Source: a virus
Length of the DNA stretch: 64,000 nucleotides
Direction: 5' to 3' (one strand)
Virus record (IMG/VR): IMGVR_UViG_3300013286_000725
Span: 1-64,000 of that record
Made by a program: the position numbers and the translations under genes. The notes beneath the pieces are model-generated. The model did no database searches and was not told where the DNA came from. It saw only the letters and a program-made list of their open reading frames with translations. Positions 39,655 to 49,259 of the stretch are shown piece by piece (positions within the stretch are counted from its first letter, which is position 1; the number at the start of each line of letters is the position of its first letter).

Positions 39655-39944
39655 ATGAACTATTAAAATCAACATTTGATTGGATACGCGATGACTTTAA
39701 GTCTAACCGAATTCGCTTTTGCATTGAGTTGCTTGCTTGGGCTATTAGTATTGGTTGCTCCGTCACTATGGCGCTTACAGTACCCACGCCTCCGCTTCTT
39801 GCTCTTTATCCCGTATGGATCACTGGTTGTGCTATGTATGCTTGGGCTAGTTGGACTAGGAAATCTTTTGGCATGCTGGCTAACTATATACTGCTAGTCA
39901 GTATTGACAGCATAGGCCTAGTCAGGATGCTAAATAATTTATAA
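39651..39944 (+). CDS. Small membrane protein
   Basis: Three hydrophobic segments. Confidence 0.6.
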   Translation: MNELLKSTFDWIRDDFKSNRIRFCIELLAWAISIGCSVTMALTVPTPPLLALYPVWITGCAMYAWASWTRKSFGMLANYILLVSIDSIGLVRMLNNL

Positions 39945-39955
39945 CAAACAGTTTC

Positions 39956-40008
39956 GATCAGCTATAAATGATCAAATAGGTATTTGTGAGCCATAAATCA
40001 CATAGGAG
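39956..40008 (+). promoter_or_regulatory. Twin stem-loops upstream of the polymerase RBS (putative translational operator)
   Basis: gatca-GCTATAAA-tgatc and tgtga-GCCATAAA-tcaca, then SD AGGAG. Confidence 0.6.
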
Positions 40009-40016
40009 AAAACAAT

Positions 40017-42686
40017 TTGTATGTAGATGCGTATTTTCAGCGCGATGCTGATATCATTAAAGTGGTAGAGCGTAACAAAGAAGGGCAAAGAATTTTTAAA
40101 GAATTCCCCACTCGTTACACTTTCTACTATCCAGACCCAAAGGGCAAATTCCAAAGTATACACGGAGATCCATTAAGCCGTGTTGTTTGTAAAACCTCAA
40201 AAGATTTCCGCAAGGAAATGTCCATACACAATAATAAAAAGCTGTATGAGGCCGACATTAATCCCATATTCGTTTGCCTAAGCGAAAACTATCTCAATCA
40301 AGACGCTCCAAATTTAAATGTGGCGTTTTGGGATATTGAGGTAGACTTTGATCCAGAGCGAGGCTATGCATCACCCGACGATGCGTTCATGCCAATTACT
40401 GCAATTGCTGTTCACCTGCAATGGTTAGACACGCTGATATGTTTAGCAGTTCCTCCCAAAAAAATGAGTGTGGCCGAAGCACAAGAACTAGTTAAAGATT
40501 TTCCCAATACTCATATCTTTGATAACGAAGCAGACATGTTGGACACATTTCTTAACCTGATCCAAGATGCAGATATCTTGAGTGGTTGGAACAGTGAGGG
40601 CTTTGATATGCCCTACACTGTCAATCGTATTACCAAAGTTCTCAGTAAAGACGACACACGCAGATTATGCCTATGGGATCAGTTTCCCAAGAAGCGTGAG
40701 TATGAAAAATATGGCAAGGCAGCTACAACTTATGATCTTCACGGTCGTGTGCATCTGGACAGTCTCGAACTTTATCGTAAGTATACCTATGAAGAACGCC
40801 ACACATATCGACTAGATGCCATTGGAGAGATGGAGGTAGGCGAAAGTAAAACGGTGTATGAAGGCACACTGGATCAATTGTACAACAACGACTTTAAAAA
40901 GTTTGTTGAATACAACAGACAAGACTGTGCATTGTTGGACAAACTGGACAAGAAACTAAAGTTTATTGACTTGTCAAACAAACTGGCGCATGAGTGTACT
41001 GTGTTGCTACAGACCACTATGGGCGCTGTTGCTGTAACTGAGCAGGCTATCATTAACGAATGCCATCGTAGAGGCATGCAGGTTCCTAATCGTGTCAAAA
41101 TGGATGACCGAGAAGACAACGAAGGTGCCGCTGGTGCTTATGTTGCCTATCCCAAAGAAGGCATTCATGATTGGATTGGTTCATTAGACATTAACAGTCT
41201 TTATCCTAGTGCCATTCGTGCGCTCAACATGGGCCCGGAAACTATTGTTGGACAGTTGCGACAAAAGGCAACACAAGAATACATTGATAATCTTGTGATC
41301 AACAAGGGTAAAAGTTTTGCGGCAGCATGGGAAGGTGTGTTTGGATCCGTTGAATATACTGCTGTAATGAGTAAAGAGATTGGCACAGAAATTACTATAG
41401 ACTGGGAAGACGGCAGTGTTGATGTATTAAGTGCTGCCGAAGTATACAAATTAATTTTTGATAGTCAGCAACCCTTTATCTTAAGTGCAAACGGCACTAT
41501 CTTTACCTACGAAAAAGAAGGTATCATTCCGGGATTACTTAAACGCTGGTATGCAGAGCGTAAAGAAATGCAGGCCAAATTAAAAGATTGTATTAAATCA
41601 GGAAATAAAATTGAAGAAGAATATTGGGATAAACGGCAGTTGGTTAAAAAGATTAATCTTAACAGTTTGTATGGTGCTATTCTTAATCCTGGCTGTAGGT
41701 TTTTTGATAAGCGTATTGGTCAATCAACCACACTTACTGGGCGAGCCATTGCAAAGCACATGGCTTCAAAGGTAAATGAAATTATAACCGGAGAATTTAA
41801 TCATGTGGGTAAAGCCATTATCTACGGTGATACTGACTCATGTTATTTTAGTGCTTACAAGACGCTGAAGAAAGAAATTGACAAAGGATCAATTCCTTGG
41901 ACTAAAGAAACCGTTGTACAACTGTATGATCAAATTGGGGAAGAAGTCAATACCACATTTCCGCAGTTTATGCTAGATGCATTTCATGTGCCAAAGACTC
42001 GTGGTGAAGTTATCAAAGCCGGTCGTGAGATTGTGGGATCAAAAAGTCTGTTCATTACCAAAAAACGCTATGCAGTCTTGTACTATGACAAGGAAGGCAA
42101 ACGCAGTGATGTGGATGGAAAACCTGGCAAGATCAAAGCCATGGGCTTGGATTTGAAGCGTAGTGATACCCCTGAATTTATTCAAAACTTCTTGAGTGAT
42201 ATATTGGAGAAAGTTCTAACAGGAGCAGACGAACAGGCAGTATTGAACTTTATTACTGACTTCCGTACAGAATTTAAGAGTCGTCCTGGTTGGGAAAAAG
42301 GTAGTCCTAAACGAGCTAATAAGATTACCGAATATCAAGCCAAAGAAGTCAAAGCGGGCAAAGCTAACATGCCCGGTCATGTGAGAGCAAGTATCAATTG
42401 GAATACACTCAAACGCATGTTCGGCGACAAATATTCAATGGGTATTACCGACGGTGCCAAAGTAATCGTTTGTAAACTCAAAGAAAATCCATTGGGGTTT
42501 ACTTCAGTGGCATATCCAGTAGACGAGTTACGCTTGCCTAAATGGTTTAAAGATCTGCCATTTGATCACGAAGAAATGGAAACCACGATCATTGACAACA
42601 AATTAGACAACCTTATCGGTGTACTTAATTGGGATGTCAGATCAACCGAACAGACAAATACTTTCAATAAATTATTTGACTTCTAA
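40017..42686 (+). CDS. Family B DNA polymerase with 3'-5' exonuclease
   Basis: DIEV exo I, DINSLYPS, KINLNSLYG, YGDTDS, KKRY; TTG start. Confidence 0.95.
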   Translation: MYVDAYFQRDADIIKVVERNKEGQRIFKEFPTRYTFYYPDPKGKFQSIHGDPLSRVVCKTSKDFRKEMSIHNNKKLYEADINPIFVCLSENYLNQDAPNLNVAFWDIEVDFDPERGYASPDDAFMPITAIAVHLQWLDTLICLAVPPKKMSVAEAQELVKDFPNTHIFDNEADMLDTFLNLIQDADILSGWNSEGFDMPYTVNRITKVLSKDDTRRLCLWDQFPKKREYEKYGKAATTYDLHGRVHLDSLELYRKYTYEERHTYRLDAIGEMEVGESKTVYEGTLDQLYNNDFKKFVEYNRQDCALLDKLDKKLKFIDLSNKLAHECTVLLQTTMGAVAVTEQAIINECHRRGMQVPNRVKMDDREDNEGAAGAYVAYPKEGIHDWIGSLDINSLYPSAIRALNMGPETIVGQLRQKATQEYIDNLVINKGKSFAAAWEGVFGSVEYTAVMSKEIGTEITIDWEDGSVDVLSAAEVYKLIFDSQQPFILSANGTIFTYEKEGIIPGLLKRWYAERKEMQAKLKDCIKSGNKIEEEYWDKRQLVKKINLNSLYGAILNPGCRFFDKRIGQSTTLTGRAIAKHMASKVNEIITGEFNHVGKAIIYGDTDSCYFSAYKTLKKEIDKGSIPWTKETVVQLYDQIGEEVNTTFPQFMLDAFHVPKTRGEVIKAGREIVGSKSLFITKKRYAVLYYDKEGKRSDVDGKPGKIKAMGLDLKRSDTPEFIQNFLSDILEKVLTGADEQAVLNFITDFRTEFKSRPGWEKGSPKRANKITEYQAKEVKAGKANMPGHVRASINWNTLKRMFGDKYSMGITDGAKVIVCKLKENPLGFTSVAYPVDELRLPKWFKDLPFDHEEMETTIIDNKLDNLIGVLNWDVRSTEQTNTFNKLFDF

Positions 42687-42704
42687 AGAAAAAATCTATA
42701 TACT
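42676..42704 (+). promoter_or_regulatory. Sigma70-type promoter
   Basis: TTGACT-17-TATACT. Confidence 0.55.
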
Positions 42705-42724
42705 ATATTATAAAAGGAAAAATC

Positions 42725-43456
42725 ATGCAAGACATTTTAAAAGACCTAGTAGCACATACACACAGTTTGGGTGTTATCCCTGTAATTAAAATCACAGGCA
42801 ATAGCAAAGAGACTGTTATTGAATCAATGGCTGAAGATCGTTCAGTTATTATCAATGCTAAAACACATGCGCCAGTTGCTGAGTTTTGTGGTACATTCGG
42901 TATGTCTAACTTAGACAAACTATCTTTACACTTGAAGAATCCAGAGTACAAAGAAAATGCAAAAATTCAAGTTGTACATGCTGAACGCAATGGTGAAGAA
43001 ATCCCAGTCAGTCTACACTTTGAAAACGAAACAGGTGACTTTGAGAACGATTACAGACTCATGAGTCAAGAAGTTATTGCTGAGAAACTTAAAAAGGTCA
43101 ACTTCAAAGGTGCTCAATGGTCCATTGACTTTGAACCTGCTGTTGCCAGTATTCAAAGACTGCGATTGCAGGCCGCGGCACACTCAGAAGAAAACTGTTT
43201 CCAAGTTAAGACAGAAAAAGATAATCTTGTGTTCTTCTTTGGGGATGCAAGCACACACGCAGGCTCATTCACATTCCAATCAAATATTGATGGCAAATTG
43301 AAACAGGCATGGTCATGGCCCGTGACACAAGTTATGAGTATTCTTGCTCTTGACGGCAACAAGACCATGCGCATTGCAGATGCAGGTGCTATGCAAATTA
43401 CTGTTGACAGCGGTCTTGTTGAATACAATTATATTTTACCCGCACAAAGCAAGTGA
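42725..43456 (+). CDS. Probable sliding clamp (gp45/PCNA-like)
   Basis: 243 aa alternating alpha/beta protein right after the polymerase; clamp loader present in window; no decisive motif. Confidence 0.5.
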   Translation: MQDILKDLVAHTHSLGVIPVIKITGNSKETVIESMAEDRSVIINAKTHAPVAEFCGTFGMSNLDKLSLHLKNPEYKENAKIQVVHAERNGEEIPVSLHFENETGDFENDYRLMSQEVIAEKLKKVNFKGAQWSIDFEPAVASIQRLRLQAAAHSEENCFQVKTEKDNLVFFFGDASTHAGSFTFQSNIDGKLKQAWSWPVTQVMSILALDGNKTMRIADAGAMQITVDSGLVEYNYILPAQSK

Positions 43457-45138
43457 TGAATAAAAATCTAACAGCTACACAAAACGACTACGCATATTTT
43501 TTGCCGGCAACTAGTGGCTTTTACAGCACTTTTATCGGCAAACAACGCTACGGGAATTATGTGGATCCTGCTCGTGTTCCGCCCAGTCTAACTAACAGTG
43601 TAGAAAGTCTCAATTATCTAAATCCAGATAAAGGTGCATTTTACTTTGATCATTGTTTATATTCGGCAGGACACGCCAACTTAGATTTGACCAAACCAGA
43701 TGAAACCGAAGACATGTTTCGTAATAGAGATCGTAGCACAAGTTGGGTGTTGGGCGACTCGGGTGGATTCCAGATTGGTAAGGGTGTGTGGGAAGGCGAG
43801 TGGCGTGATCCTACAGGACCTGAAGTTGCCGCCAAATGGGCAGAAGTCAATGCATTAGGCATTGAACTGGTACCACAGTTCCATCCTACTGGTCATCCCA
43901 AGACTGACAAGAACGGCAATCAAAAGTTTACCCGAGTAGATCATCCTAAGCTCTATCAGGCTCGTTTAGATGCCGCACAAAAGAAGCGTGAACAAGTGTT
44001 AACTTGGATGGATGCACTGATGGATTATGGCATGGTACTTGATATTCCAGCTTGGGTTGAGCGTAGTCCTGCAGGTTGTAAGGCAACTGGTATTGAATCA
44101 TATCAACAGGCAGTTAATGCCACTAGGTATAATAACGAGTATTTTATCAAACATCGCGATGGCAACTGCAAGTTCCTTAATGTGTTGCAAGGCGAAACAC
44201 ACGATCAAGCAGAAGATTGGTATCATCAAGTCAAAGACTTTTGTGATACTAAGATCTATGGTGACAAAGCATTTAATGGTTGGGGTATGGGTGGACAAAA
44301 CATGTGTGATATTCACCTTGTACTCAAACGCCTAGTGGCTCTACGCTTTGACGGATTGTTAGAGCAGGGTCAACATGACTGGATGCACTTCTTAGGCACA
44401 TCAAAGTTAGAATGGGCTGTGCTGTTGACTGATATCCAGCGAGCTGTTCGCAAGTATCATAATCCCAACTTTACTATCAGTTTCGACTGTGCTAGTCCTT
44501 TCTTAGCCACTGCTAATGGACAGATTTATATCAACACAGAAACCGAAGATCGTACCAAATGGGTTTATCGTATGCAGGCGTCGGCTGATGATAAAAAGTA
44601 TGCCACTGATAGCCGACTGTTTAAAGATGCAGTATTGCAAGATAAAATATTTGAGAAGTTTGAATCAAGTCCAATTATTGATCAACTTGAAATGAAAGAT
44701 ATTTGTATCTATGCTCCGGGCGATCTAAATAAGAATGGTAAGGAAGGCGCAACCAGTTGGGATTCATTTAGCTATGCGTTAATGATGGGTCATAATGTGT
44801 GGATGCATTTGAACGCAGTACAAGAAGCCAATCGTCAATATGATTTGGGCAAATTGCCTGCCATGCTAGTTGACGAACGCTTTGATAGAGTGTATTATAA
44901 AGACATAGTAGAAGCAATATTTGCCTGTGATAACAGAGACGATGCTAACGCTATTGTCGAACATTACAGTAAATTTTGGATGATGATTATCGGTACACGA
45001 GGTGCAACTGGTAAAAAGACAGTTAATGCACATACAAAGGCAGAAGAATTTGGTATTCCTATGGTGGATTTTTCCGATTTAAAAATAATTAAAAAAGAAG
45101 AATCTAAAGAAAATAACTTTGCAGAACTATTTGAATGA
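43453..45138 (+). CDS. dpdA: tRNA-guanine transglycosylase-fold protein (DpdA-like DNA base-exchange enzyme)
   Basis: GDSGGFQ, MVLDIP, NVLQG, HFLG, SFDCAS in TGT motif order; clustered with folE, queD-like, queE. Confidence 0.75.
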   Translation: MMNKNLTATQNDYAYFLPATSGFYSTFIGKQRYGNYVDPARVPPSLTNSVESLNYLNPDKGAFYFDHCLYSAGHANLDLTKPDETEDMFRNRDRSTSWVLGDSGGFQIGKGVWEGEWRDPTGPEVAAKWAEVNALGIELVPQFHPTGHPKTDKNGNQKFTRVDHPKLYQARLDAAQKKREQVLTWMDALMDYGMVLDIPAWVERSPAGCKATGIESYQQAVNATRYNNEYFIKHRDGNCKFLNVLQGETHDQAEDWYHQVKDFCDTKIYGDKAFNGWGMGGQNMCDIHLVLKRLVALRFDGLLEQGQHDWMHFLGTSKLEWAVLLTDIQRAVRKYHNPNFTISFDCASPFLATANGQIYINTETEDRTKWVYRMQASADDKKYATDSRLFKDAVLQDKIFEKFESSPIIDQLEMKDICIYAPGDLNKNGKEGATSWDSFSYALMMGHNVWMHLNAVQEANRQYDLGKLPAMLVDERFDRVYYKDIVEAIFACDNRDDANAIVEHYSKFWMMIIGTRGATGKKTVNAHTKAEEFGIPMVDFSDLKIIKKEESKENNFAELFE

Positions 45139-45386
45139 CATTACCAGACGAAAGATATCGAGCAGTAGTACAGACTCAAAAGTTTTTACTTGAGATTTTG
45201 TCTACTGCTCGAGTTCCTAAAAAAATTAAAGATGATGCTAGGTGGTGTTTGCGTCATTATCCCAGCGAATATGATATGCAGATTGCGGCAATAGGTGCTC
45301 CCGAAGTGTTTCAAAAACAGATGGAACCTGTGACTAGATTGTTTAAAGTGTACGAACAAACAAAGGCTGAAAAAAATGAAGCGTGA
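45135..45386 (+). CDS. Hypothetical protein
   Basis: MTLPDERYRAV...CLRHYP; coupled ORF. Confidence 0.6.
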   Translation: MTLPDERYRAVVQTQKFLLEILSTARVPKKIKDDARWCLRHYPSEYDMQIAAIGAPEVFQKQMEPVTRLFKVYEQTKAEKNEA

Positions 45387-45888
45387 TTATGCCAGTGGTC
45401 AATCAGAAACTGCTGTATTCTTCACAGGAATTGAAGTAGAGCATACACCTGCGTTTGGCATGCCTACACTGTTTGTCACAGGAGTTCAATCAGTAGATGA
45501 AATTGCATCAAATTTAAATGAATGTAAGCATATCTTCTTTGGTGCTAATCACAGTTTCAATCCACAGAACAATCTAGATTGGCAACGCTGGGAAACTATG
45601 ATCACATACTTTTTAGATAAAGATTACCTGTGCAGTCTAGACATTCCATTATCAGCAGTTGAAGAATTCAACGACGGCGGTATGAATGACTACAATAATT
45701 TTATCCCACAGATAAGAGTGCCAATTCCTTATGTAAAACTGTGGAATTATAATACAATGCTTAAAATAGATGACAAAGATTTTAAGGCAACAAATCCAGG
45801 CGTGTGGACTCATAGTCTACATGATTTAAAAACCCGTGATAAGTTTACCCCTTGGAGTGCTTACACAAATGACACTATTATTAAATGA
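45376..45888 (+). CDS. Uncharacterised protein in the deazaguanine cluster
   Basis: GIEVEHTP, HIFFGANHSF, KIDDKDFKATNPGVW; directly upstream of QueD-like gene. Confidence 0.65.
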   Translation: MKRDYASGQSETAVFFTGIEVEHTPAFGMPTLFVTGVQSVDEIASNLNECKHIFFGANHSFNPQNNLDWQRWETMITYFLDKDYLCSLDIPLSAVEEFNDGGMNDYNNFIPQIRVPIPYVKLWNYNTMLKIDDKDFKATNPGVWTHSLHDLKTRDKFTPWSAYTNDTIIK

Positions 45889-46274
45889 TTATCAAACAGG
45901 ACATCAGACCTAATAAAATGATTTGGACTACCTTTTGCAAAGAAGGCATGCACAAATATCCAGCCGCACTTACAGATCCAGCACTTGCTACAGGTGATGA
46001 ATATGATGTGAGTTTTCTAGGCTATCCGCACCGTCACATCTTCCACTTCAAAGTTTGGATTGGTGTCACACATGACGACCGTGATATTGAGTTTATTCAG
46101 TTCAAACGATGGTTGCTAAATCTCTACAAAGACAGTATACTAGCGTTAGACTACAAGAGTTGCGAAATGATTTCAGGTGATTTATATGAAGTCATTTCAC
46201 AAAAGTATCCCAATCGTGAGATTTGGATTGAGGTCTCCGAAGACGGAGAAAATGGTTCATTTATTAAGTACTAA
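45885..46274 (+). CDS. queD: QueD-like (6-pyruvoyl-tetrahydropterin synthase, T-fold) protein
   Basis: HKYP...HRHIFHFKV...IEFIQFKR...SCEMI...VSEDGENG. Confidence 0.65.
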   Translation: MIIKQDIRPNKMIWTTFCKEGMHKYPAALTDPALATGDEYDVSFLGYPHRHIFHFKVWIGVTHDDRDIEFIQFKRWLLNLYKDSILALDYKSCEMISGDLYEVISQKYPNREIWIEVSEDGENGSFIKY

Positions 46275-46286
46275 GGAAAAGCTATC

Positions 46287-46547
46287 ATGGCTAAAATTAA
46301 TTACAGAGATTTTTCATATTTTGACAACCGTCCGGACATTGTTAAAATCTTTGACGATTTAGAAAAACTACACAACTTCTGCCGTATTGAGATGTTGCCT
46401 TTTAATGAGGCAGATTTGTATAATCGTAATAGTCAAGTTTGGAACAGCTATTACCATAGCACACGACCACGCAAGCCACGCGGTGAATGGCAACAACGCG
46501 GTGAATACAATCGCAGTGGGAATAACAATCGTAACTATCAACGATGA
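46287..46547 (+). CDS. Hypothetical protein with Arg/Asn-rich tail
   Basis: RBS AAGGA; 86 aa. Confidence 0.6.
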   Translation: MAKINYRDFSYFDNRPDIVKIFDDLEKLHNFCRIEMLPFNEADLYNRNSQVWNSYYHSTRPRKPRGEWQQRGEYNRSGNNNRNYQR

Positions 46548-46591
46548 TTTATATAGTTGACATTGAAGCGGTTGATACTATAATTTTTTGA
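46544..46591 (+). pseudogene. Relic 5' end of the glycosyltransferase gene (MIYIVDIEAVDTIIF*)
   Basis: ATGA-coupled to upstream gene; IYIVDIEAVDT aligns in register with IWIFSLECLET of the downstream ORF. Confidence 0.55.
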
Positions 46592-46716
46592 TAATGTATC
46601 GTTTCTTAAACGGAGTTGTTTGATAACTAGCAGCCCATCTAGCAGACGATACAGAAAAATTATTGTTGATAATCTTTTACCTTACACAGTTTCTTAAACT
46701 CACGGAGGCTTATTTA

Positions 46717-47832
46717 ATGAAACCCACAATTTGGATTTTCTCCCTTGAGTGTTTGGAGACCCGTTATACAAAACAATGGCACGAACACATTCCAAAATTA
46801 CTTAAACATAAGTTAGGCAATAAGTTTAATGTTGTTCAGGTCGACGGCGTTCAAAAGAATAGCCAACTCACTCCCGGTGCTTTCTTGAATTTTTCAGATA
46901 CCAACTATTGGAAAAGTTCTCAGTTATGTAATTTTTTAGAGCATCACAATAGGGGCGAGACTTCTACTGACGATCACATCCTTTTTACAGACGCATGGAA
47001 TCCTACAGTTATTCAACTCAAATATATAAAGGATCTATTAGGCTTTAACTGGACACTCCACGGACTATTTCATAGTGGATCATACGATAACCAAGACTTT
47101 TTAGGTCGACTAGTTGGCAATAAGCCTTGGGTTAGAAACGCTGAAAAAAGCTTCTTTCACGCATTTGATCACAACTACTTTGCTACCAAGTTTCACATTG
47201 AATTGTTTCATAGAGAACTGCTCAACGGTGGATTGCAAACTGAAAACCCATGGTACGAAGACGAGCTTGCAGAAATAATGAATGGCGAATATCCAAGTAT
47301 TGTTCGTACTGGCTGGCCCATGGAGTATATGGATTCAACTTTGACCATGTATAAAAACATGCCCAAGCGTGATCTTATCTTGTTTCCGCATCGCATTGCT
47401 CCAGAAAAGCAAGTTGATATATTCCGTGATTTAGCTACACACTTGCCACAATATGAATTTGTAGTTTGTCAGGATCAACAACTGACTAAAAACGAATATC
47501 ATAATTTGTTGGGAGAAGCTAAACTAGTGTTTAGTGCTAACCTTCAAGAAACACTTGGCATTAGTTGTTACGAAGGTGCTGTAGTAGATGCCATTCCAAT
47601 GGTGCCTGATAGACTTAGCTATACAGAAATGTATTATGATACATTTAAGTATCCAAGTGAATGGACAGAAAGTTTTGAAGCGTATGACACTTGTAGACAA
47701 TCTTTATGTTTCAAAATTATACAGTATATGGACAATTATACTAGTTTTGTTCCACAAGTAAAAAAACAAGCAAAGGACCTACATGACAACTTCTTCAGTG
47801 CCAACGGACTACTCAACAATATTAAGCAGTGA
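46717..47832 (+). CDS. GT-B fold glycosyltransferase (GT4-like)
   Basis: FPHRIAPEKQ and ETLGISCYEG..VDAIPMVPD C-terminal motifs; RBS GGAGG before ATG 46717. Confidence 0.75.
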   Translation: MKPTIWIFSLECLETRYTKQWHEHIPKLLKHKLGNKFNVVQVDGVQKNSQLTPGAFLNFSDTNYWKSSQLCNFLEHHNRGETSTDDHILFTDAWNPTVIQLKYIKDLLGFNWTLHGLFHSGSYDNQDFLGRLVGNKPWVRNAEKSFFHAFDHNYFATKFHIELFHRELLNGGLQTENPWYEDELAEIMNGEYPSIVRTGWPMEYMDSTLTMYKNMPKRDLILFPHRIAPEKQVDIFRDLATHLPQYEFVVCQDQQLTKNEYHNLLGEAKLVFSANLQETLGISCYEGAVVDAIPMVPDRLSYTEMYYDTFKYPSEWTESFEAYDTCRQSLCFKIIQYMDNYTSFVPQVKKQAKDLHDNFFSANGLLNNIKQ

Positions 47833-48184
47833 CACTATTACTATTACTGGGTACGAACCTAGTAATTTTAGCACTATACAACCACTGACTACTAATCAAA
47901 TAGTTACTATCGGTTCAAGTAATAGTAGTGTGTATTATACTGCACCCAGTATGACAACTATGTCAACTATTAACTCTGGTTCCATTAATACTGTCTCTAT
48001 TGACACCAACTTGTGGAATACATCTTTTAATTTGCCGATTGATTGGGTAGATGCTTTTCCGTCTTGGGATAAAGTTCAAGACATGTGCAAGCAATATCCC
48101 AGTTTAGAAATAGCACTTAGAAATTTTCAAACCATCTATCAGCTTGTGAAAGACGACTATGATAATCCAGCGCCTAAAAAATAA
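47783..48184 (+). CDS. Hypothetical Thr/Ser-rich protein
   Basis: Low-complexity N-terminus, helical C-terminus; RBS AAGGA. Confidence 0.55.
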   Translation: MTTSSVPTDYSTILSSDTITITGYEPSNFSTIQPLTTNQIVTIGSSNSSVYYTAPSMTTMSTINSGSINTVSIDTNLWNTSFNLPIDWVDAFPSWDKVQDMCKQYPSLEIALRNFQTIYQLVKDDYDNPAPKK

Positions 48185-48632
48185 GTTTTTTTCTTTTTTA
48201 GAAAAGCACGACCGTAAACGAATAATCATGGATCGGCAATGCGACGAACCACTGTTGACTCGTTACTACTTGTTTTTGAAAGATCGTAAACAGTTTCCTT
48301 TCAATGTGTTCTTACACAAGTTTCACAAAGGCGATCCTGGAGATGTGCATGATCATCCTTGGCCATACGCTACATTGATACTGGCAGGCGGCTACTACGA
48401 ATACACTCCTAATTTTGAATACGGCCAAATGGTCAGTGAAACCAAACACTGGCGTGGCCCTGGGCATTTTAGATTTTGCAGTGCCAACAGCTATCACCGC
48501 ATAGAATTAAAAGAAGGCGTTACTCCTTGGACACTGTTTATGCCTGGTCCACAACGACAAGAATGGGGATTCTGGGTAAACAACAAATGGATTCATAATG
48601 ACAACTACCTCGAAGACCGTAAAAACAGTTAA
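48159..48632 (+). CDS. Cupin-like protein
   Basis: HDHPW...GGYYE...YHRIEL...WTLF cupin metal-binding pattern. Confidence 0.6.
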   Translation: MIIQRLKNKFFSFLEKHDRKRIIMDRQCDEPLLTRYYLFLKDRKQFPFNVFLHKFHKGDPGDVHDHPWPYATLILAGGYYEYTPNFEYGQMVSETKHWRGPGHFRFCSANSYHRIELKEGVTPWTLFMPGPQRQEWGFWVNNKWIHNDNYLEDRKNS

Positions 48633-49026
48633 TACTGTTACAACTACACATGGCACAAGCCACCCATTATACGGTGCGGTACCGCCCGCAAGTCCGTTCC
48701 CTATTGGAAAAGTTTATACAACTAATAATACAGGATCGGCTGGACAGTTTTTAACAAGTGGGTCTAACGGAACTAATTGGACTAATTCAACTGACAATGT
48801 ATTGGTTGTCAAACAAGATCCTGCTATTTTAGAGGTTAAAGGTCGGATGATACTTAACGGACAAGACTTAGAAGAACGGTTAAACACAATAGAAAAAGTC
48901 TTGCGTATTCCCGAGCGAGATGTTATACTTGAGAAGAAGCATCCAAAGCTAAAAAAACTGTATGATGAATACATTCAAGCATTGGGTAAGTACAGAACAT
49001 TTGAAGCAATTAAAGGAGATGAATAA
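48598..49026 (+). CDS. Hypothetical protein
   Basis: Thr-rich N-terminus, coiled C-terminus. Confidence 0.55.
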   Translation: MTTTSKTVKTVNTVTTTHGTSHPLYGAVPPASPFPIGKVYTTNNTGSAGQFLTSGSNGTNWTNSTDNVLVVKQDPAILEVKGRMILNGQDLEERLNTIEKVLRIPERDVILEKKHPKLKKLYDEYIQALGKYRTFEAIKGDE

Positions 49027-49259
49027 TGAAACTACATGAATCAGTTGCGCAATCGCGCTACAAAATGACAATCAAAGAGTCAGAAGGTTTTAGATTGCGG
49101 TTGGAAAAACACGAAGTGCTTAGTCCTAAAGGACTGTATAGTGTTGATCTTATCAACGAAATGTTAAAGGCAGACGGTACAATACAAGACTCTAGCACAT
49201 ATAACTTCTTTATGACTCGAGAAGAATTACAAACATTGGCTTACGGTTTAACAGCATGA
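49026..49259 (+). CDS. Hypothetical protein
   Basis: Coupled ORF; RBS AAGGAG. Confidence 0.55.
   Translation: MKLHESVAQSRYKMTIKESEGFRLRLEKHEVLSPKGLYSVDLINEMLKADGTIQDSSTYNFFMTREELQTLAYGLTA

Noticed and set aside
40017-42686. Intein or intron in the DNA polymerase
   Set aside because: 889 aa with contiguous motifs; no splice-junction or homing endonuclease signatures
43453-45138. Ordinary tRNA-modifying Tgt for queuosine
   Set aside because: Much longer and divergent, lacks the CxCxxC zinc site of bacterial Tgt, and sits next to the DNA polymerase and clamp; a DNA-directed role is more likely though untested
46544-46720. T4 gene 60-style ribosomal bypass or group I intron
   Set aside because: No matched take-off/landing codon or recognisable intron core seen; downstream ORF has its own RBS and a complete N-terminus
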